Position numbers and translations under genes: made by a program. This document shows positions 37,174-49,935 of a DNA stretch of 64,000 bases, in pieces; the first letter of the stretch is position 1; the number at the start of each line of letters is the position of its first letter. The DNA is from Gekko japonicus (lineage: Eukaryota): positions 1,762,357 to 1,826,356 of the forward strand of contig NW_015170278.1 of assembly GCF_001447785.1 (NCBI RefSeq), in the 5' to 3' direction. The notes beneath the pieces are model-generated. The model worked only from the letters and a program-made list of their open reading frames with translations. It was not told where the DNA came from and did not search any database.

Positions 37174-37571
37174 NNNNNNNNNNNNNNNNNNNNNNNNNNN
37201 NNNNNNNNNNNNNNNNNNNNNNNNNNNNNNNNNNNNNNNNNNNNNNNNNNNNNNNNNNNNNNNNNNNNNNNNNNNNNNNNNNNNNNNNNNNNNNNNNNNN
37301 NNNNNNNNNNNNNNNNNNNNNNNNNNNNNNNNNNNNNNNNNNNNNNNNNNNNNNNNNNNNNNNNNNNNNNNNNNNNNNNNNNNNNNNNNNNNNNNNNNNN
37401 NNNNNNNNNNNNNNNNNNNNNNNNNNNNNNNNNNNNNNNNNNNNNNNNNNNNNNNNNNNNNNNNNNNNNNNNNNNNNNNNNNNNNNNNNNNNNNNNNNNN
37501 NNNNNNNNNNNNNNNNNNNNNNNNNNNNNNNNNNNNNNNNNNNNNNNNNNNNNNNNNNNNNNNNNNNNNNN

Positions 37572-37712
37572 GGGACGGCAAAGGATGAGATGGTTAGACA
37601 GTGTCATAGATGCAACGAACATGAAGTTGAGCAAACTTCAGAGGACGGTGGAAGACCGGAAGGCCTGGCGTGATTTGGCCCATGGGGTCGCAGAGAGTCG
37701 GACTCGACTGTA
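37572..37712 (+). mobile_element. RTE-BovB 3' fragment
   Basis: GRQRMRWLDSVIDATNMKLSKL...HGVAESRTRL directly after the gap. Confidence 0.9.
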
Positions 37713-39479
37713 GAAAAAATCATGAAATACCTGTAGTCAGCTGAGTTTGCTGCAGCTATTAAACAAACAAAAAAGCAAAACGGATTTAGGGACCATATGG
37801 GAAAGGCTGGATTGAACCAGAAGGACCTGAGTACTTTCCTGTTGCCGCTCAGTGCTTTGTTAGGGTTTTCCTGATTGATGTATCTGGTACTAGCTGAAGA
37901 CATAATACTACTTAATTGTACCACTGGTCCGGTCCGTTTTATGGACTTATTAATTACTATAGTGTGTGAACACATATGTGCACAGGGGACCCTTATTACT
38001 AAACCGGAATGCTCTGAAGCCCTTTGATGAGTATGAAACATAAGCATGATCAAAGCCTCCTAAAAGAGAGACAGCCCAGTCACATCTGGGACTTGTTTGA
38101 CCTGGATCTGAGTCTGAAAGCTGGTGTGTGACACTGGACGTTTTCTCGTATCCGATAAATCAAACCAGGTGTGGAGTAGCGTAATCCTGAGTTCGGCATC
38201 TTCACACTTCTTATGCCACAATGCAAACCTCCACATGGTGCCATGTGATGTTTGGGAAAAGATATCACAGGGGAACAGCGTGGTATCTGTCTTTGGAGGG
38301 AAAGCTATTTCCACAGCAGCCTGTTGAGGTTGCGTGCAAATGTTTGCAGAAGCCTCTTCCCCCACCGCCCCTCTGTCTCCACTCTACTCAAAACACAACA
38401 GCAAGCAGAATAATTTAAAGGCAGCCATCAAAATTGAAATCAGATGAGATGCAAAAATATTTTGCTTTGGGTTTGAACTTTCCTTCTTCTCACATATGAG
38501 ATCCATGTCTCCCTGTGCAGGGGTTCTCTCTTGGGCCCCCAAACCTGTTCAACTTGATAGAAGATGATGACTGAGGAGTTGTGATGACAGGCCCGGTGGG
38601 GTGTAGTGGATTAGTGGTGAGCAGGTCTTATAATAGTTCAGTTCAATTTCCTGACATTCAAATTGTCATAAGAGGCCTAATCCCCATAGAAGACTACATT
38701 GGCTCACTCTTCTTTGGGGAGAGGTGCAATTGGCCAACAACTAATCCTGGAGAGATTGCTGGGTTTTTGTGGGGCAGTGAGGGTGGTTAGAGTTCAAGAA
38801 AAGTTTTCTGTTGCAAGGGGTGTTAAGAATAGTGTTGCAGCATCATTGAACTAATGACGGTTTCTAGGGCCCTCTGCTCTCCTGCAGAGCCCAGAATGCC
38901 CCTTGGTTTACTGAGGAACTTGGAGCAGTGAAGCTGTCAGACAGATGGCTAGAGCACAAGTGGAGGAAGACACAAAGTGACCTCTCATGCCTGCTCCGGG
39001 GAGGTGATAGCAGCAAAACAAGCTCACTTCTTTCCTACCATTGCACTCACTCAATGTCATCCAGTGGAGTTTTTCCAGATTATGAAGGGGCTCTTATCCC
39101 AGGCTCCTGAAAACATAGACCCAGAAAACATACAGGCCCACTGTGATGCATTTTGTAGGTAAAATTGCTCACATCTGCTGTGACTTAGATTCCACATTTG
39201 GTGCCATACCACCTAGGGATGCCAGCCTCTGGGTGGCACCTGGGGATCCCCTGGAATTACAGCTCATCTTCAGACCACAGAGATCAGTTCCCTGGAGAAA
39301 ATGGATGTTTGGGAGGATGGACTCAATGGCCTTGTACCCCAGTGAGGTCTCTGTCCTCTCCAGGCTCTATCTCCAAATCTCCAGGAGTTTCCCAACCTGG
39401 GTCTGGCAACCTAACTCCCCCATCCCCTGCCAGTGGCTTGGTAACCCTAGTTCCATTTCAGGATGCCATTGTATTAACT

Positions 39480-40960
39480 GGTCCTAGCTGTATGCATGAC
39501 TTCAGTTGGTGAGGCTTGATGAAGTGGACAAGCTACTCAGAAGTGTGCAGCCAACCACATCTAGATTCGACTTTTGGGCTTTGTGGCTGTTGATATCGAG
39601 TCAGCTGGGTTGTCAAATGGGTCTGGGAGATAATAAATACCTCTCTGCAAGAGGGTGTAGCTCTGACTGCCTTGAAAGAGACAGTCATGCGACCCCCTCC
39701 TCAAGAAGGCATTCGTGGACCCCACTGACCTGAACAAGTACCGCCTGGTGGTCAACATTCCATTTTGGATCAAGATGCTTGAATGGGTGGTAGACAAACA
39801 GTTTCAGGCTGTCTTGGAGGAGATGGATTATCTAGACCCATTTCAGTCTGGATTCAGGCCTGGATTTGGGATGGAAACAGCTTTGTTTACCCTGATAAAT
39901 TATTTTCAACAGGAGAGTGACGGGGAGTGCATACCTGTTGATTCTCCTGGTCTTCTCTGCAGCATTCAGTACTGTCTACCATGGTATCCTACTGGAGAGT
40001 CTGGTTGAGTTGGGAGTGGGAGAAGGTACCATGCTTTGATGGTTCCACTCTTACTTCACCAGAAGGTGGTATTGGCCCCATGACTTTTATGCAGTGGGGT
40101 CCTGGAGGGTTCCATCTTGTCCCCAGTGCTGCTTAATATCTACATAACACTGTTGGGCAAGATCATCAGAGAATTTAGTGTAAGGTGCCACCAATATGCA
40201 TATGACACTCCCCTCTGCATCTCCTTAACAGCTGAGGCAGGTGGGTCTGTGAAAGTCCTGTACTGGTAATGAAGATGGTAATGGGGTGGATGAGGCCCAA
40301 TAAACTGAAGCTCAATCCATACAAGACTGAACTGCTGCTGGTCAATGACAAAGCTACTTGAGGACTCAGCCTGTTCTGGAGGGAGTTGTACTGAAGGAAC
40401 AGGTTCATAGCTTGGGGATACCGCTAGATCCTGGCCTACAGTTGGAGGCCCCAATCTTTTCTGTGGCCTTTTATCAGCTTCAGTTGATAATTCAGCTGCA
40501 GCTGTCCCTCAAAAAGTATGATCTGGCCACAGTGATCCATGCTGTGATTGCATCCAGGTTAGATTACTGTAGATAGGTCTGCCTTTTAGAATGGTCCAGA
40601 AACTTCAGCTCATCCAAAATGCAGCAACCAGGCTATTGTCAAGGGCGGGATACAGGGATTGTATCACCCCAGTCCAGGCACAATTCAAAGTGCTGGTTCT
40701 TACCATTAAAGCCCATAATGGCTCAGGTCCAAGGTACTGGAAGGACGACTTATCTTCCTCTCATATTGTCCAGCCTACCAGTTAAGATCTGCATCACAAG
40801 CCCGGGTCTCTGTGCCCCCACCTTCGGAGGTGAGGTGGGTGGCAACCAAAGAGGGCTTTTTCAGTAGTGGCACTTCAGTTGTGGGATGCCCTTCCCCTTG
40901 AGGCTTGCTTGGTGCCTACATGGCAGGCTGAAATATTTCTGTTCACCCAGGCTTTTAATT
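39480..40960 (+). mobile_element. L2-type LINE, degenerate RT and 3' end
   Basis: Frameshifted RT motifs YLDPFQSGFRPGFGMETAL, GS.LSP.L.NIY, HQYA.DT, KLNPYKTE, ASRLDYC and LQLIQNAATRL. Confidence 0.88.
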
Positions 40961-41184
40961 AGGGGTGGGCTGATTTTTTAAAACACTATTTTAGCCTGGA
41001 AACTGTAGTTTTAAGCTCTCTCTGGTGGGTTGATCGTCTTTTAATGTCAGATTAGATTTTAATTAGTATCTTTTAATCATTTGTTTTGACTGTTTTTATT
41101 TTGAAAGCCACCTCTGGCAGATTCCTAAAGAGGCATCATAAAAATGTTATAAATATATAATTTGTTTGATGAATAGATTTAAAG

Positions 41185-41598
41185 CAGGGGTGTCAAACAT
41201 GCGGCCCGGGGGCTGGATCAGGCCCCCGGAGGGCTTCTATCGGGCCCGCAGTAGAACTGGCTGCCTTCTGCTTCTTCTTCCAGTTTTGCTGCTGCTGCAT
41301 CATTGTAGGTTTGCAGCTTACAGATACACAACCTGAACAGCACAGACATTTTGATGCAATAATTCAGAGCATGAGGTGTCAGTTATCAGACACTGTTAAA
41401 TAAACAAAATATTGCATGAGTGCTAATGTTTTAAGCATGTTTTTATTTTAAATTAAAAAAAACCTTTGTGTGTGTGTCCTTTATAAAGTTCATATCTCCG
41501 CTACCTGGCATTACATTTTATTTCAAACATGGCCCGGCCCAACAAGGTCTCATTTATGTCAGATCCAGCCCTCATAACAAAAGAGTTCGACACCCCTG
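41185..41598. mobile_element. hAT-superfamily MITE with perfect 8-bp TSD
   Basis: TIR caggggtgtcaaac / gttcgacacccctg; TSD atttaaag at 41177-41184 and 41599-41606. Confidence 0.92.
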
Positions 41599-42789
41599 AT
41601 TTAAAGTGTTAGTGATGTTTAAAACCACACAGTGTCCTGTGAATGTTTTTTTAAATGTTGGCAGCAACCTATAAGCACCTCTTGATTCAGGTAAACCACT
41701 TAAATTGATTTTTTCATATCCGAATTATTACTGAGTTATATGAACTCAATTACTTTCATTAAATCATTTGAAAATAGCTTCTGTGTTAAGAGAGAGAGTC
41801 GTGGAAACTGGGAAACTAAGGGTGCATTCCTAAACACAGTTACGAAGGAGTAAGTGAGAAGATTTACTTCTAGGTATACATACTTAGAATTGCACTGCAA
41901 GCAAGACAGTTTATCAACGTTAGAAATGTTTAATGGATTAAAGCTGTTCATAGTGATCATTTTTGCAACTGTTGATGCCAGTTTAGAAGAAAAAGGAGTA
42001 CACAAGGATTTGGTGTCTATGTAGACATGATATACATATCTTTAGCTCCCAAGCAACTCCATAATCTCTTCTACCCACCTCCAGAAAGCCCTACCCATGT
42101 TCAGCTAACCTCCTTTTATGAGCTGACCTGTCTGCCTATCATCATCATCCTGCTCCAACAGAATTAGATCACTCCTGCATGGCCTGGTGCAATAGGAGAT
42201 TGTATTCAGCAAGAGATGTGCATCAAGGAGTAGAATAATATGTAGACCCTGAGCAAACCTGATCCTACATGACTTAAAACCAGTGGGTTGTATCTACCAG
42301 AAAATTACCACAGGTGGGGGATTCTGGTTGGTTCCCCCACCTACTGCAGACCGCTAACTCCCCACTCATGCTGCTCGGGGGGGTGTTCCTGTCCTCCAGT
42401 AACAGCATCTGGACTGCAGCAGGAAGGGGAAGGTGAGAAATTACCCTGGAAGGTGAGAAATGACCCTGGATCCAAGCAAGTGGCTTCCATCTTCTCTCTC
42501 TACTCAACAAAGTTTGAAGTCTTTGAAAAGTGATTTGGTTTAGAAGAACATGGAATAAATAGTACTGAACACTTTGGTTCTCATATTGTGGGACTGCTAA
42601 TGCAAAGTAAAACTGTCACATCTCAGTCAGGCACACAAACCTAGATTTTCTATTTGCCTAATTGGTTGTCATTGAAAAAAGTGTAAAAGCATGGCCAGGT
42701 AGTCAAATCACTGCCACCTCAGGTTAACAGTTCATGAGTGGGGCTGCTTGGGTACTCTGTCATCCCTTTCCTTTTCAGTGACCTAATAT

Positions 42790-43125
42790 GCTCAAGTGGT
42801 TAAGACGCTGAATTGCAGACCGGAAGGATGGTAGTTCAGCAGTTCAAGACCTGAGTACCGCATGATGGAGTGAGCTCCCATCTCTGCCCCCAGCTCTCGG
42901 CAACCTAGTAGTTCGAAAGCAAGAAATTGCAAGTAGATAAATAGGTACCACTTAGGTGGGAAGGTAACAGCATTCCATGCGCCTTGGTGTTTAGTCATGC
43001 CGGCCACATGACCATGGAAATGTCTTTGGACAGCGCTGGCTCTTCGGCTTGGAAACAGAGATGAGCACTGCATTCCTAGAGTCAGATTCGACTGGCTTTC
43101 GAGAAAGGGAAACCTTTACCTTTAC
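42790..43125 (+). mobile_element. Sauria SINE
   Basis: tRNA-like head gtggttaag..., body gtagataaataggtaccac...gggaaggtaac, tail (acctttt-like) aacctttacctttac. Confidence 0.85.
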
Positions 43126-43968
43126 TATGCTTAGTACATCTCCACAAATCTACCCTGACATAGGGTGGGAGGAAGAAGGAGTCTTTCTAGCTGTCCACCC
43201 AAACTGAACAACATGTAAATGAAGTGCCTAATGCCAGCATGTTTGACTGTAAGATGTGCCTTTAATTCCTCCATATCTTATATTTTACTTTGTGAATGGC
43301 AAAGGGGGGGGGGAGAAGAAATGCATCTTTGGATCTGTAGAACTTGCCCTTTCACAGTAGCTCTACCACACAAGATACCGGACCTCCACAAGGAATTTTG
43401 TCTATTACAAATGTTCCAAATAGCATTGAAAAGACAAACCCAGTTAGACTAATTCCCGCAATGTTTGAGCCCATATTAGTAGCTGTGGGTACGGAGATTT
43501 GTTGTTTGTTTTGGTCCTGGTTAAGCTGTGCCAAGTTCTCAGAGTTGCCAGGGGCTCAGGAGATCTTATAAAAACAGGAAGCTGCTACTGGATACAAGCT
43601 GGACACATAACCACAACAGAAACCTAGGAGAAGTCCAGGCACAATCTTTTTAGTTTTGGCTTGAATAAAGTCCCTGAGAAGAGAAGAAGGAGAAGCAGCA
43701 TATATTCCACTTAACTCTCCAGTGGCCGGTGGAGACCTACTGGACTTGTTTACACGATCAATTAATTTGGGATAACCAGCCTTGAATTAACTTCAATCTC
43801 TAGTTTGTTTCCATGTTCAAGGGGTCAACATGAGTTGAATGATGGCATCAATCCATCACAAAATCAAGAACCATTAACTCACACATTTATCCAAGCAATT
43901 AACTGTGGAAGTCTGTTACAAAAAAAGGGGGGGAGGGTTTTGAGCACCTTAAAAACTAACAGATGTCC

Positions 43969-44179
43969 TGAACATGTGAGGCTGCCTTCTACTGAGTCAT
44001 ACCATTGGTCTGTCAAGGTCAGTATAGTTTCCTCTGCCTGGCAGTAACTCTCTAGGGTCTCAGGCAGAGGTCTTTCGCGTCACCTCCTACTTGATCCCTT
44101 TTTAACTGGAGATGACAGAGACTGAACCTAGGACCTTCTGCATGCAGAACAGATGCTCTGCCACCGAGCCGTGGCCCCA
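43969..44179 (-). mobile_element. tRNA-derived SINE (Squam3-like)
   Basis: Reverse complement matches the 10106-10315 copy. Confidence 0.75.
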
Positions 44180-47100
44180 TATCGTGTCATATGTTTCATG
44201 ATCCTTGTAGGCTTATGCCAAAATATATCTGCTACTCTGTAGGGTTTCTCAAGACTCTTTAACATTATTATCTCTATCAAATAAAGTTCACAATTTAATT
44301 CAGAAACACTGTTAATGACCTAAAACAGCAAGAGTCTATGTGGCTGAAACATCCTCCAGTTTCTTATTCATTAAGTTGGGGGAACAAAAATCTTAAAATG
44401 ATAATTTACTAATCTTGATTGTGTAAAAAAGCATTGCAATGCTACCAAAAAGGAATGACCATATTAATACTCCTCAGACATTAGGTCTCAAGAATATTCA
44501 AAAAGACATTCCCCATTAAGCCTTTTGCTCCTCCTACCTCTTAAGTGCTGCAAAAGTGAATCGCTGTTTGGATTGGACCTAACACATTTATTCTATATTA
44601 TCATTGGTGATTAAGGTAACCAGGTGCCTAGGAGATTGCTATACCTTTAATAAGTGGGAGTCTCTTACCCTTACATGACAAGCCACCATTCCTTTTTCTA
44701 TGCAACAATTAAAAATACAGGAAAGTTTATGTTTGGCCCACCTAATGGCAATTGGCATTGCCTTTTTCATGCCCATCACCCTCTGCACCACATTAAGGAT
44801 TAAATGTTTCTGTTTCCATTGCAGTTGAAGATTGTTTACATTATAATGCTGCTTTGGTTTCTCACTAGAGATGGTTCATATGGGATTCCCACTTTCTATT
44901 ATGACTAAAAACTTCATGTGTACCAGGGAGATCAAGTATTAGAATCCAAGGTGTGAATTTTATCTATAAAAACACTGTTTAAATCTTCCCTCTGTGCCCT
45001 TACTGATTAGAAATGGCCTCCCTGGGAAGGAAAAGACCTGAATAGTATGAGCACCTGTCCTTTTTCTCTCCCGAGGCTTAAAGAAGCCTATGGGAGAAAT
45101 TCAAACATTTTTCAGGGGACTTGGGGGGGGGGCAAAGAGTTAACCCCCTCACCTTCCTCAACCCTGTTCCATTCAGTGTTTGGCTGCTTAAAATCTACAT
45201 TGGATCGCCAGCAGTATGTGTGGTTTGGCCCTAAACTGAAGATAACCCACAGTGAGTGAACTGTTTGAACCTTCCTTGTGAAGGGGGGGGGGATTCTTTC
45301 TGAATAAGGATTCTGAGTTCCACTGTGTGAGTTAGCTATCCCTTAGGTTTGTATTGCATATGAACTGTTTTTGACCACGACAGAGTAGAAAGTTGATTAT
45401 GGAAAAACAAATATTTTCAGATAGTTTCATTTAACCGCCAGGGAAAAGAAACACAAAACTCACCTGAGGCAGGGCAAGAGGGTTGAGTCTCCAGCTGTCT
45501 GCCAGATGACTCGGTTACCAAAGCCACAGGCTTCTTGCCTCTGGAATTACTAGCCAAATAAACCCTGGGTTTAGAAGAGTGCTAATTAGCCAGGCCTAGG
45601 CTCAAGGAACAGTTGTTGAGCAATGAAAAGGGCATTCACCAAGAATAATAATTTACCAACTAGGAAGTTAACAGCTCTCCCAGCTAAAACTAACCGTGAG
45701 TTGCCTCATGCTGTGAGGTGGCCAGGCAAGTGCAGTTAATGGCTGTAACTGATTTCTGACATAAACAATTGCTGTTCTTTCCTCAGAAAGCTAAAACCAA
45801 GTCACTGTGGGGACTCTGAAATATGAGGTATTGCGCTGGCTCGGAAAGATGACATTCAACACTGAATACTGGAAATGTGGCCAGAAATCAGTTGAGTGTG
45901 GTGAGAATTACGAGTCTCTTCTCTGCCCAAGTCTACCTGCTCATTAGAATAATAGTACTACTGTAAAGATGTGATTAGTTGGTTCAGGAGGCGAAATCCT
46001 TCCTGTTTCTTCATATCCTGCCTCAAGTACGTTTCTGTGGTTTTAATTTTTTCCTATTGATCCTGCTATTGCCTCTGATTGGGGAGGGCAAGCACACAAA
46101 ACCCATTTCAGCAGCAGTGTGTTAGGATTAGGAATGAGGTTCAGTTCAGCTTGGGAAAGTCCTATAGAGGGGAAAGGGGTGCCGAGGGAGGCCAGGGTTT
46201 GGGGAGGGGAGAGAGCTGCCAGGACTACCAGGAATGTGATGTCATAGAGTCCATCATCTCAAGCTGCCATTTCCTCCTGGGGAACTGATCTCTGTAGTCG
46301 AGGTCAACTGTAATTGAAAGAGAACTCCAGGCCTACCTAGATGCTGGCAGCTCTATGTGCCAGGTTCACCTCATGTTAAAGTGATATGTGGTCATAATGC
46401 TGGATTTTAATTAACAGCTTGTAATGTTTTCTTTTTATCTTTTTTGGTTTTGTAAGCCACCTCAGGCAAGTTCCCTGGAGATGCAGCATGTCCCTATCTT
46501 TGTCTCTTGGGAATTTCTTTTACCATTTGTGTGTGTGTGTGTGAGTTGCTAGAGTTGTCAGTCTTCAAGGCTTCCAGTCTGTCTGAGGGAGGCAGCTACA
46601 TATTGACTCTATTGCATCTGCATGTAAATACATATGCATAAGCAGGGCACTAAAATTCTATTTGGTGCACAGCGTAGTGTTTTGTATTATGGTTGCCAGC
46701 CCTGGCTTGGGAGATTTCTGGAGATTTGGGGGCTGAGCCTGGGCAAAGGCAGAATTTGGGTAGGGGAGGGAGCTCAAGAGGGGTGTGATTCCATAGTGTG
46801 TCTACCAGATGCCATTTCCTCCAGGGGAACTGATCTCTGTAGTCTGGACAACAGTTGTAATTCCGGGTGAACCCCAGGCCTCACCAGGAGGATGACAACC
46901 ATGTTTCATATGGTGGACCACTATTTTGAACTGTTGATAATCTCCTGCAGGACAATCATGTCTTTGTAATCCATTTTTTACCCACAGAACAAGCACCTCC
47001 TTGACTTCTATATGATATTGCAGCCTTTCTATATGACATTGCAGCCTAACGAAATATGGCATGTAACACTGGAGTAGAGTCTTCAGCAGTGTGGAATAAT

Positions 47101-47422
47101 GGGGTAGCATGGGCAGTGATCCTTGGTATGGGAATAGGTGTGTGACTGGTGAGTCCCTGTTTCACCTGTGACATATTGGAGGGCATACAATCAGACTGTC
47201 TTGCGTAGGTGGGGGGTGTTCCTCCAGGCTACATTTTTGAATGATCCTGTTTTAAAAAAACACACACCTTTCTTGCCTGTAGAAAACTAGCCTGTGGAAA
47301 ACTAGAGACCTGGACTATAAGTTAACATGTTAGTTTTCTATTCGTAGGGAGGGTTTCTTTTCTTTTGCTCTTTTATTTTTTTAATTAAGAGGATCGTTCA
47401 AAGGTCATACCGTTTCCCTGCA

Positions 47423-47758
47423 TAGGGTTGCCAGGTCCTACCTGGCTGCTGGCGGGGGGGACTCCCAAGCCTTCCTGAACTTCTTTTGGCATGTATGCTG
47501 TGATGACATCACCCGAAAGTCACCATTGGAAACACTCCAGGTTTTGGCCGAAACTATGGTTTTTTGGGCCTCAAAGCCATAGAGTTCTGCCCAAAACCTA
47601 GAGTGTTGCCCTCAACATCGGAAACACGATGACATCACTCTTGGGAGATGTCATCATGCCAGTGGCGCCAGGAGGAGGCTTCTGAGGGTGTGGCTTCCCC
47701 TGCCAGCCAGCTGGGCCATGGCAGATCCCCTGGCCCCATCGGGGGAATGGCAACCCTA
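47423..47758. mobile_element. hAT MITE (TAGGGTTGCCA termini) with perfect 8-bp TSD
   Basis: tagggttgcca...tggcaacccta; TSD tccctgca at 47415-47422 and 47759-47766. Confidence 0.9.
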
Positions 47759-47827
47759 TCCCTGCATCTTCATCATTCTATCATTTCAGGCTTCTGCTGT
47801 ATGAGCAAATCCGTTCTAAGGCACTTT

Positions 47828-48181
47828 GGCCCCAGTCACACGGGCTGGATATCACGGGGGGAGGCGTGGCTAATTGCCTCAGCGCAGTTTGATCCGCGAT
47901 TACACGATCAGATGCACCGGCGGCACACCACGAGTCCTTCCCTTGGCACTGAGGGACCGGAGGGGAATGCCGCGTGCCGGCGCGATCACACCATGGCCAT
48001 ATGGAGGCAGCCTGTGGCAAATGTTTACTAGTACCTTGGAGGTACTAGTTTTTTAACGCGCATTGTTGGCGGTAAGCCACGGGTATGCTCCACTTCCCAG
48101 ATGTTGGGGTGTGATCGCGCCCGGATAATCCGCCCACCATCCGTGCCTCTCCCGCGGAAACTTTGCCGTGTGACCGGGGCC
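47828..48181. mobile_element. PIF/Harbinger-like MITE
   Basis: TIR ggccccagtcacacgg / ccgtgtgaccggggcc; flanks ttt / tta. Confidence 0.75.
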
Positions 48182-48999
48182 TTAGTATGACAATGGCCTA
48201 GTGAACCTTCAGGTTGCATGCAAAGCCAGCAGCACAAAACACATGGTGAGAACAAAGAACAGAGGAATTTCCCAAAGCAATGAGGGAGCAGATAAGAGGG
48301 CAGCTTAAAAAGGTAGGGTCAAACAGCACACATTGATAAGCAGAACTGCAGTATGTTAGGAGTGCTTGCCATCTGGTTTTAAGTGTTCTGAACAACCTAC
48401 ATATGGACGTGCACTTGTGGTGGCGCCCGTAACCAACTCCAAATGGTGCAAGCAGATGATCCATTTCAAGACCATCAGATTCACCACTGTTAAAAAATAA
48501 TCTAAGCAAGAAACAAAGCCTTTTTTGCCCATTCTGTTCACAGTCAGAAGCACCCCCTGTCTAAAGAGCTTTGCAGCGGTCCCGTTGGGCTGTCGCATTG
48601 GTCAGGCCCAGATCCAAAGAAAACACTGAGTTGCTTTGCTTAAAGGGATCAGCATGGATGGATTCGGGCCTGTGATGCTAAGCAGAGTCTTTGTGTTGGC
48701 TTTTGCCTCTTGGCACAGAATGGAGCGGCCTAGCTAAACTACTGGCTGCTAATTTGGATCCCTGTGTACTGATTTTCCAGGAGACATACATGCCAGAAAT
48801 CAGAGCATTCCTAGAAAAAAAGACTGCTGATCCTGGGCTACAGAGAAAACAAAGTCCTGAAAGGAAGCTTTTGCTTTCATTGGGGTTGTTGCTTCTTTGA
48901 TGAACATAAGAATTATCTTGCTGATGAGACCAAAGGTCCATCTAATAGAACTTTCAACTTCCAACAGGTCTCAAGCAAGAGATGCAGATGGCGAGAGCT

Positions 49000-49684
49000 T
49001 AGGGTTGCCAAGTTGTAATGTATTCAGCCTGACATGCCCGGACTTGCCCGGGCTGGCCAGGCACAAACCATCTGTAGCTTGAGTCGAAAGACAAAGGATC
49101 TGAAGGATCCTAGCTGGCCCTATCAAAGGGCTAGTTTTCCAGCCGGGAGACCAATGGTCACCCGGTTACTGTAAATAGCCTATTAGGAGTAGGGGGTGTG
49201 GTTATGGGTACTTGGTGGCGGGTTTTCTGAACGCATATAAACCGGCCTGCGAGCTGGTCAGTTGTCTTTGTCCTGAACCTAATAAAGGTATGCTTAGCTG
49301 AAATCACTCTCCGTCTGCATACTTTTCACAAGTCTTACCTCGGCTTTAGCGGGGGGAGTCCAGGACCCTTCTGGGAGTCTTCTGGCGTGTGCGCAAAGTG
49401 CGCGCATTGCAATGACGCCACCCGGAAGTGACGTCATTGCATCAGGCATGTTGGGGTGGGGGCACAGTCATTCAAGGGAAAACCATAGAGTTTTCCCTCG
49501 AATGATAGAGCATCCCCCCCGCAATGTTCCCGATGCGATAATGTCACCTCTGGGTGGCGTCTTCGCACCAGGCATGTCTGGCACTTTGGGGGCGGGGTTC
49601 CCCCGGTGGCCCAATCTGGGCCGGCAGGGAATGGGCCTCTTGAGCAGGGGTTTCCCCGTCCTCCAGGGGGACTTGGTAACCCTA
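49000..49684. mobile_element. hAT MITE (TAGGGTTGCCA family) interrupted by a solo LTR
   Basis: tagggttgcca...tggtaacccta; TSD cgagagct / tgagagct. Confidence 0.8.
49014..49328 (+). mobile_element. Solo LTR, 315 bp
   Basis: TG...CA termini, catataaa TATA-like at ~49233, aataaa at 49281, 5-bp TSD caagt on both sides. Confidence 0.8.
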
Positions 49685-49685
49685 T

Positions 49686-49935
49686 GAGAGCTAGTTCAGT
49701 GTAATGTTTAAGAGCGGCGGACTCTTAATTTGGAGAACTAGGTGTGATTCCCCACTCCTCCACATGAAACCTGCTGGGTGACCTTGGGTCAGTCACAGTT
49801 CTCTCAGAGCTGCTCTCTCAAGGGCAGTTCTCTCAGAATTCTCTCAGCCCTACCTATCTCACAGGGTGTCTGTTGTCAGAAGGGAAGGTAATCATAAGCC
49901 ACTCTGAGTGAAGGGAGGGGTATAAATCCTTCTCC
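49686..49935 (+). mobile_element. tRNA-derived SINE
   Basis: Same family as 29710-29988. Confidence 0.75.
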
